Source: Bdellovibrio sp.
GTDB taxonomy: Bacteria; Bdellovibrionota; Bdellovibrionia; Bdellovibrionales; Bdellovibrionaceae
Assembly (NCBI GenBank): GCA_036676395.1
Contig: JAKFCY010000002.1
Span: 928,001-992,000, forward strand
DNA length: 64,000 bases
Direction of reading: 5' to 3'
The position numbers and the translations under genes are program-made. Under the pieces are notes generated by a model. The model saw nothing but the letters and a program-made list of their open reading frames with translations. It was not told the DNA's origin and made no database searches. This document shows positions 57,315-64,000 of the stretch, piece by piece (within the stretch, counting starts at the first letter, position 1; the number at the start of each line of letters is the position of its first letter).

Positions 57315-58694
57315 GTGGAAGATAATGTTTTTTCTTTTTTTTCAGAGTATTACGATTCTATACAGGATCCTGTCTGTATTTTTGATCGCGATGGTTTCGT
57401 TGCTTACTGTAACGAGAGCTTTTCTGCCTTAACGGGCACTTCGCAGATTCGTTTTTTAAATAAAAAAACGACTGTATTTAATTCTATTGTATCAGTTGAT
57501 GATAAAGCTTTTGATCTTGCCCGCGTCGAAGAATTTTGCAGTTTCAGCGGTGTTAGTATCTTAAAGTTTGAAACTAAAAAAGTACTTAGAGGGCTTGGGC
57601 AGTTTGCGATTCGTAAATTGACTTTACCGCCGCATGAAAACTTATTTCAGTTAACATTAAAAGACTTATCGATTGAAGAAGATCTGGTTAAAACTTTTCG
57701 TTTTGAATTAGCTTCGCGTAACAAAAAAATCGACGAGATGAATCAATTAGTAGAAATCTTTCAAAAGATTCGTCTATTAGACGAGCCTGGCTTAATTGTG
57801 AATGAGTTCATGAATTACCAATTAACATTTTCTCAGTTTTGTGCAGCGGCAAGCCGTGTAAATAAAACGATGACGATGATTTATGGTGGCCAGGAAAATA
57901 TGAATCCTGAATTCTTAGAAGTTCAAAAAGAAATCGAAGCGCATTTAGCAACTAATGTGGTTTCTAAGTATCAGACGCAAAAATCAGCAGTTAAAAATAC
58001 ATCTACTGACAGTAATTATTACTGGTCATTGGTTCCGTTTAAATTAGCAACTGATGTTATGCATGCAATCTTTATTTTTGATTCAGCTGAGCAAATGAAT
58101 AAGTTTTCGCATCAATCAGCTATTATCCTGAGTGAGCAGCTGAATTTAATTTTGAATAATTTAACGTTAAAAGAACTTTCATACACTGATGGTTTAACTA
58201 AACTTAAAAACAATCTTTACTTTAGAAAAAAAATCGAAGAAGTTTGTTCGAGCAATCAAAATGCCCAGCTTGTTTTATTTGATGTGGATTTCTTCAAAAA
58301 AATTAATGACGGTTACGGCCATCCAGGTGGCGACGCCGTATTGATTTTCTTAGGTGAAATTATTCCGCAAGTGATGCAAAAAGTGAATCCAGACTTTTTA
58401 GTATCAACTATCGCCCGCGTGGGTGGTGAAGAATTTGCGATTGTTATTCCTGAAAAAGATCAGGAATTTGCCAATATGTTCGCAGAATCACTGCGTACAG
58501 CTATCGAAGCATCGACGGTGATGTTTAACGATATCGCGATTAAGTTTACGATTAGTCTGGGTGTCTCGTCTTGGACGCCGAAGAATTCGTTTTCACCCGA
58601 GGCCGTTAAGTTATTGTATAAAGCGGCAGATGATGCTCTTTACAATTCTAAACGTACAGGGCGCAACAAGGTTTCGTTACTTAACGTAGCTTAA
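57315..58694 (+). CDS. diguanylate cyclase (PAS-like + GAF-like + GGEEF)
   Basis: TDGLT, DVDFFKKINDGYGH..GD, RVGGEEF, ADDALY.SK..GRN. Confidence 0.92.
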   Translation: MEDNVFSFFSEYYDSIQDPVCIFDRDGFVAYCNESFSALTGTSQIRFLNKKTTVFNSIVSVDDKAFDLARVEEFCSFSGVSILKFETKKVLRGLGQFAIRKLTLPPHENLFQLTLKDLSIEEDLVKTFRFELASRNKKIDEMNQLVEIFQKIRLLDEPGLIVNEFMNYQLTFSQFCAAASRVNKTMTMIYGGQENMNPEFLEVQKEIEAHLATNVVSKYQTQKSAVKNTSTDSNYYWSLVPFKLATDVMHAIFIFDSAEQMNKFSHQSAIILSEQLNLILNNLTLKELSYTDGLTKLKNNLYFRKKIEEVCSSNQNAQLVLFDVDFFKKINDGYGHPGGDAVLIFLGEIIPQVMQKVNPDFLVSTIARVGGEEFAIVIPEKDQEFANMFAESLRTAIEASTVMFNDIAIKFTISLGVSSWTPKNSFSPEAVKLLYKAADDALYNSKRTGRNKVSLLNVA

Positions 58695-58833
58695 TATTGG
58701 CTGCGCTTGCGAGCAGCTATTTAGTGTCACAACCAATGTAACATAATTTCTTTTGTCTCAGATTTGCAAGTGTGCTCGCTCTTTAGCTAGTCTATGTTGA
58801 TAAACGTGCGGGCATCTCGTACCTTAGAAGGTA

Positions 58834-60624
58834 ATGAATTCATCAATTAAACGAAAAATCATGTTTCTACTGAGTATCACCAGTTTACTTTCTTCAAGCG
58901 TTTTTTTGATCTATTCAATCAACGTCTTTGAGAAAGATAAAATTGCTTACATCTATGATAGCAATAGTGTGTACTTAGAAACTATTACGAACCAGTTTAA
59001 GAATGAATTAAAATTATCAGCAGAAATTTCAAAAAAATACCTATCTGAATACCAAAGAAATAAAGCTTTTCGTTCTGGCGACAGTATTTTCTTAGAGGAC
59101 GATTCGTTCGTTAAAGGATTATTCTTGGTTGATATCACTTCACAGGCCCAGCCAAAGCTTGTTGATAAAATCACAACGAAAGCCAACTTTACTTTTAAGC
59201 TTACAGAAGATGTGGGTTTCATTAAATCAATTGCAAGAACACTAGCAGATTCAAAATCAATGTTCTTGGGTGGTGAAGAAGTTTTTGTCAGCGATATCGT
59301 TTATGATGGTGATGAAAAGATTGCGTTAGTGACGGTATTCAAATCGGATGCCTTACAAAGTTTTTTCGAATCTGATAAAGCATATAGTTCATTCATGATC
59401 AACATGAATGGTGAAGTGTTTCGCCAAACGCAAAACTTAAACGCAGGTTATTTAAAAGAGCAATTTCCTGATCTGTTTAAAAAACTGGATTCAATCAAAA
59501 TGGGAACCAGCGAAATTACCTCGCAAGATTCTGACGAGTGGTTGTTATCGTCTTCAGGCCTTGGTTTAAATGATTTGTATCTATTAACGCTGACGAATAA
59601 AAAAGAAGCCTTTGGGGTTTTGACGTATTTAATTAATAAATCGTTAATCGTGTTTTTAATGGTTTTATCCGGAGTGGTCTTGGTAAGCCAGTTTGCATCA
59701 ACTTATATTACCAAACGTATTTTAGTTCTTTACGATGCCGCGAAACAAATCATCAGCGGTAATTTTAAAGTAAATATTGAAGTTAAAGGTAATGACGAGA
59801 TTTCGTTATTGTCGCAGACGTTCAATCATATGGCGGTCGAGATTGTTAAACTTTTAGAAGATACCGCGCAAAGTGCGCGTCTTGAGGCCGAGCTTAAAAC
59901 GGCCCAAGCGGTGCAACAAACGCTATTTCCTCCGTCGCATTCAAAATTTGAATGTGGCGAAATCCATGGTTCATACCAATCAGCTTCTGAGTGCGGCGGC
60001 GACTGGTGGCACTATTTTGAAAGCGAAACTAAAATTTGGGTATGGATGGCTGATGCCACAGGACATGGTGCACCTGCCGCTTTAATTACGAGTGCGATTA
60101 AGTCTGCGGTGGCAATGACCGAGAATTTAAAAATGGAGCCGGCTATAGCTATTGAGCTGGTTAATAAGTCAATTTGCCAAGTTTCAAAAAATAAAATGAT
60201 GATGACTTGCTTTTTAGGTGTGATCGATAAGACGTCTAAAGTTATTCATTACGTCAATGCCTCTCATGAAGCGCCATTTATCTTAAGCAAGCGCACCGAT
60301 TTAAAGAAAAAAGATTTACGCTTTTTGGATAATTCTAAATGTAATCGTTTAGGGCAATCTGCGACTTCAGAATATACGGTCGCAAGTGAACAATTAGAGG
60401 CTGGCGATCGCATTTTTGTTTATACTGATGGTATTCCTGATATCCGAAATAAAGCTGAAGAGTCATTACAAGAGCGCGGTATGTTTAGAGTGGTTTTAGA
60501 AAACCATAATAAAGGCGTCGGTGTTACTGAGTTCATTACTGGCATTCAGGCTCAATTTGATACCTACCGTGAAAATACAGAGCTTATCGATGACGTTACT
60601 TTCTTTGCTGTGGATTTAACATGA
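58834..60624 (+). CDS. membrane HAMP + SpoIIE/PP2C phosphatase
   Basis: Two TM segments, HAMP (DEISLLSQTFNHM), GGDWW, ADATGHG, YTDG, DDVT. Confidence 0.92.
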   Translation: MNSSIKRKIMFLLSITSLLSSSVFLIYSINVFEKDKIAYIYDSNSVYLETITNQFKNELKLSAEISKKYLSEYQRNKAFRSGDSIFLEDDSFVKGLFLVDITSQAQPKLVDKITTKANFTFKLTEDVGFIKSIARTLADSKSMFLGGEEVFVSDIVYDGDEKIALVTVFKSDALQSFFESDKAYSSFMINMNGEVFRQTQNLNAGYLKEQFPDLFKKLDSIKMGTSEITSQDSDEWLLSSSGLGLNDLYLLTLTNKKEAFGVLTYLINKSLIVFLMVLSGVVLVSQFASTYITKRILVLYDAAKQIISGNFKVNIEVKGNDEISLLSQTFNHMAVEIVKLLEDTAQSARLEAELKTAQAVQQTLFPPSHSKFECGEIHGSYQSASECGGDWWHYFESETKIWVWMADATGHGAPAALITSAIKSAVAMTENLKMEPAIAIELVNKSICQVSKNKMMMTCFLGVIDKTSKVIHYVNASHEAPFILSKRTDLKKKDLRFLDNSKCNRLGQSATSEYTVASEQLEAGDRIFVYTDGIPDIRNKAEESLQERGMFRVVLENHNKGVGVTEFITGIQAQFDTYRENTELIDDVTFFAVDLT

Positions 60625-61382
60625 GTAATATATTTCACTTAGGTAAAGTTGAAGCCGACAAACAAGTCACTGATGTATTCGGTGATAGCGAACTTTCTTG
60701 CAATTATAAAGTGACTGACAATATGTCTGCATTAGATTGTTTAAGCTTAATACGTGACCGTAAGGTGACTCATATTGTGCAAAATTCAATACAGGGCTTA
60801 ACAGATAAATTACAATTTTTAAAAGCTGTAGATTATAAACGCGAAGACTATTTTGACCCGAATTTAAGTTTATTAAATACAGATGTAGTGTGTGTGCCAT
60901 TTACTTTAACTGAAGACCGTTCAGATGTGATTCAAAAAGCTTTTTCTTTAGCGTATTTAGATTTAGACATGACCAAGTACCAATATTTATTTCAGGTGGC
61001 CACAGAGCTTGTGATGAATGCCCAGATCGATGCCCCCAAGATTTCTCAAAAAACAAGTGTTCCGAATTCGATGTTAATTGTTGAAAAGAATATGGCTAAA
61101 GGGCTTGTTTCAATTTCTACAATTGATCATTACGGCAGCCTTGACCCATACAAAATGTTAGAAAATATCTATGCCGCCCATATGCATGGATTTCGTGATT
61201 CGATGTCAAAAAATTCAATCGGTGCAGGCTTAGGCTCAGCGTTGATTTATGAGCACGTCGATTCATTAATTATGGGGGTTGTGCCTGATGTGATGACTCG
61301 CGTTTCGGCGGTGTTGCCTTACGGTATTTCCGAGAAAAAAATTAACCAAATTCAAAAATCTATACATATCATTAAGGGATAA
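60621..61382 (+). CDS. GHKL/HATPase serine kinase-like protein (anti-sigma/SiaB-like)
   Basis: N-box ELVMNA, D.YGSL, GAGLG; overlaps the phosphatase stop. Confidence 0.65.
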   Translation: MSNIFHLGKVEADKQVTDVFGDSELSCNYKVTDNMSALDCLSLIRDRKVTHIVQNSIQGLTDKLQFLKAVDYKREDYFDPNLSLLNTDVVCVPFTLTEDRSDVIQKAFSLAYLDLDMTKYQYLFQVATELVMNAQIDAPKISQKTSVPNSMLIVEKNMAKGLVSISTIDHYGSLDPYKMLENIYAAHMHGFRDSMSKNSIGAGLGSALIYEHVDSLIMGVVPDVMTRVSAVLPYGISEKKINQIQKSIHIIKG

Positions 61383-61386
61383 AAAT

Positions 61387-61857
61387 ATGTCAAAACTACA
61401 GTTCTCGACAGCACAAGAAAATGGAAAAACAGTTCTAACATTAATCGGGCAAATTGATGAAAGTTTTCCGCAAGAACTTCACAATTTAAAACCCGCTGGC
61501 GATATGGTTATCAACATGGACCAGGTTAAGATGATCAATTCTTTAGGAATTCGTGAGTGGATCAAATTTATGGGCTCGGTCTCAGCAACAAAAATTGAAT
61601 TTGTGAAATGCCCTAAAATTTTTATTGATCAGGTAAATATGGTTCAGGGTTTTATTACTCCGAACTGCAAAATCACATCTTTTTATGTGCCCTACTTTAA
61701 CGAAGACAGTAACGTTGAAAAAAATGTGCTTTATTCATTCGGCAAAGAATTCGGCGATGGCTTTTTAAATGTAGCTGGTAGCACTAAAGGTGATGACGGC
61801 AGTGAATTAGACTTAGACGTTGTTGAGCAAAAATATTTCAAATTTTTAAAGAATTGA
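61387..61857 (+). CDS. STAS-like (anti-anti-sigma-like) protein
   Basis: LIGQIDE and INMDQVKMINSLGIREW with Ser at the phosphoacceptor position. Confidence 0.75.
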   Translation: MSKLQFSTAQENGKTVLTLIGQIDESFPQELHNLKPAGDMVINMDQVKMINSLGIREWIKFMGSVSATKIEFVKCPKIFIDQVNMVQGFITPNCKITSFYVPYFNEDSNVEKNVLYSFGKEFGDGFLNVAGSTKGDDGSELDLDVVEQKYFKFLKN

Positions 61858-61862
61858 GAGCA

Positions 61863-63416
61863 ATGAAGTTAGCAGCAATTTTCTTAACATTATTTATGCC
61901 GATGGCAGTTTTGGCTGAAGCACCAAAGCTTCCGTTTGTCTTTCTTAACCAATATTTTGAGTATGATGTGTCTGAAGGTAAGATCTTTAGCATCGGTGGT
62001 CATAAGATTGATTGGAATGATGATTTTGCCCAAATCGTGGACGGAAAATTAGTTATTAAAAAACAAGAGATCCTTTTGGCGGGTCTTTGGACGATCAATT
62101 TAAAAAATGCAAAGAACAAAGTGGTTTATACAGTTAAACAAACTGATTTAAATGCTTTAAGAACATTCGTTTTGCCAGCCAGTGCAACAGCTGCGATTAT
62201 GGCTATGCCAGAGCAGCCAGGATCAGCAGATGCCAGTGGTACGGCTGAAGTTGCGGCAATGCCAACAATTGCTCCAGGTACTACGGTGTGCTTGTCATCA
62301 CGTAATTTAATTACCCAGTACTTAATGTGCAAAAGTTTAGCTCTGGTGCCTCAGGCAGAGAGTGAAACGCAATACCCTGAAGTCGCTATCAGTAAGAAAA
62401 AAGCTAACAAATTTGGCCGGGTCATTTTAAATCAGCCAAAGAAAAGTATTCTATTCGACGTTAAAGTAAACCAAGTTGAATCGATTAAGCTGACAACACG
62501 TAAACGACTTATTATTCCGTCTACAGTAAAGAAAAATGTGGCTCGTAAAGATTACCAAATTAAATTTGTTGATATGGAATGGGATAACTATTCTTGGGAA
62601 ACAAATGTGGGTTATGATCAAGAGGCATTTCGTGTTCCTAATGACAATCTAGTTACGGTATATCAAGATTATTTTAATAAAGATCATTCAAATAAAGAAT
62701 TAGACCTTGTGTATTATGTGCCACCATATAAGCGCATGAAAATTATGAATATGTATTCATTTTCGCCGTTTTTCGGGTTCTCAAGATTTGCCGGAAACAC
62801 GCGTACGAAAAATGTATCAATCTTATCTGAATACGATATCAGTCTGCGCACTTACATTATGATGCAAATGCCGAAAGAGCAAAAATGGAAATGGTTTACG
62901 CAATACTTTCATTTTTGGACGGCTTCTGCGAATTTTCGTTCGATTAAATATGTATCTGAAGCCAGTAGTGTAACCATTGCTAATCCAAGTGGATTTTTAT
63001 ACAACTTTTCTGGTTCAGTGAATCGCGCCTATAGTGACCGTATTAGTTACGCGTTTCGTGCGGCCATAGAAAAGAATACGGCCATTGATTATCAATCGGC
63101 GGTGTCGTCGCAGGTCAACATGAGTTCAGTTTTAAATAAAGAGATCGGCTTGCAGGGAAGTCTTAACCTATATGATAAAGGCCGCTTTGTAAGCTTTTTG
63201 CATGCGGGCTATTCAATGCTGTTGCCGACTGATATTTCAGGAAGCACATCAAAAATTGGCTCACGTACTTATTTTCGTACAGATTTACACTATGCAGACG
63301 GTAATAAACTTTTTGGCGTAGGGTTTCACTATAATTTACGTGATCAACAGACAGCGCTACAAAAGTTAAAAGATCAGTCGTTTGACTATACAGCCAGTTA
63401 CTCAGTCGCGTTTTAA
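61863..63416 (+). CDS. secreted protein with probable C-terminal outer-membrane beta-barrel
   Basis: Signal peptide; amphipathic strands; C-terminal YSVAF. Confidence 0.6.
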   Translation: MKLAAIFLTLFMPMAVLAEAPKLPFVFLNQYFEYDVSEGKIFSIGGHKIDWNDDFAQIVDGKLVIKKQEILLAGLWTINLKNAKNKVVYTVKQTDLNALRTFVLPASATAAIMAMPEQPGSADASGTAEVAAMPTIAPGTTVCLSSRNLITQYLMCKSLALVPQAESETQYPEVAISKKKANKFGRVILNQPKKSILFDVKVNQVESIKLTTRKRLIIPSTVKKNVARKDYQIKFVDMEWDNYSWETNVGYDQEAFRVPNDNLVTVYQDYFNKDHSNKELDLVYYVPPYKRMKIMNMYSFSPFFGFSRFAGNTRTKNVSILSEYDISLRTYIMMQMPKEQKWKWFTQYFHFWTASANFRSIKYVSEASSVTIANPSGFLYNFSGSVNRAYSDRISYAFRAAIEKNTAIDYQSAVSSQVNMSSVLNKEIGLQGSLNLYDKGRFVSFLHAGYSMLLPTDISGSTSKIGSRTYFRTDLHYADGNKLFGVGFHYNLRDQQTALQKLKDQSFDYTASYSVAF

Positions 63417-64000
63417 AACCAGCCAAATAAACCTTTGCTGACCGGATAATTTTTAATATTCGGGTCAGCAGAAGTAGCGCGTTTTAGCGCCATTTCGGCC
63501 TGGCTATCTTGTTTTTTTGATTTTAACAACATGTAATTCACGTAGTGATAATCAGCTGTTGTCATGTCTTCAGGAAGAATATTTAAGAATTCTTTTTCTA
63601 ATGTACCAATTGAAATTTGAGTGCCTTTAAAAAGTGATAAACCTAAGTGAGCCCATGCCGAGTACATCTGTAAACAGCTTACGCTGGTCATAGAGTCTTT
63701 GTGTTTTTTAACAAGGGCCAAGGCTTCGCTATAACGTTGCGCTAACAGAAGAGATTTAATCGGCCTCACATCAACAGTTTTAGGCTGTGCGGGCTTTTTT
63801 TCGGGAGCTACTTCGTTAATGGCGTTTGAATTTTTAATAGTTCTGAAATTAATCAATAAATTAAGAACTCTTTTGTCGATTTCTAATTTAAACTCACTGG
63901 CCAGAGTCTCTGGGCCCAGAAAAGATTTTTGCAACTCTTCGTAAATAGCCTCGATATTATTTGCATCTTGTTTGGTAATCAGACTTAGTTGGTAAGCTAG
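63413..64000 (-). CDS. 5'-truncated protein with C-terminal TPR-like region
   Basis: Frame stays open to the window edge; A...LKRA...DP TPR ending. Confidence 0.6.
   Translation of the reverse strand, partial: LAYQLSLITKQDANNIEAIYEELQKSFLGPETLASEFKLEIDKRVLNLLINFRTIKNSNAINEVAPEKKPAQPKTVDVRPIKSLLLAQRYSEALALVKKHKDSMTSVSCLQMYSAWAHLGLSLFKGTQISIGTLEKEFLNILPEDMTTADYHYVNYMLLKSKKQDSQAEMALKRATSADPNIKNYPVSKGLFGWF

Noticed and set aside
1..64000. CRISPR array, tRNA/rRNA, transposase or integrase
   Set aside because: Intergenic gaps are all under about 300 bp with no spaced repeats or cloverleafs, and no recombinase motifs appear in the ORFs.

Overview
AT-rich bacterial chromosome segment, very probably from a predatory Bdellovibrionota bacterium. 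This is inferred from the gene content: several secreted trypsins, two L,D-transpeptidases, a lipoprotein peptidoglycan deacetylase, a FecR-like/FN3 protein, many sigma28/sigma54-type promoters and many secreted hypotheticals. The first ~3.6 kb looks like the right end of an AT-richer defence island. It holds a truncated Dsr1/DUF4020-like helical protein and a HEPN-motif protein whose last 19 residues look like the tail of a RibD-C/DHFR-family gene, marking a possible insertion scar. The rest is mostly housekeeping and predation-type genes: RNA-modification enzymes, ABC-F, RarA, three orphan sensor kinases and transporters. The most notable candidates are: (1) an exported NADAR-family protein between two trypsins; (2) a Sia-like partner-switching and c-di-GMP locus with outer-membrane and FecR-like components at 55.5-63.4 kb; (3) a two-state structured leader upstream of a protease; (4) three sigma28-like promoters each exactly 7 nt before a start codon; (5) a Q/N/G/Y-rich cysteine lipoprotein behind a complete sigma54 promoter. 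I saw no rRNA, tRNA, CRISPR array or transposase. All family calls come from recalled motifs; no database search was run.
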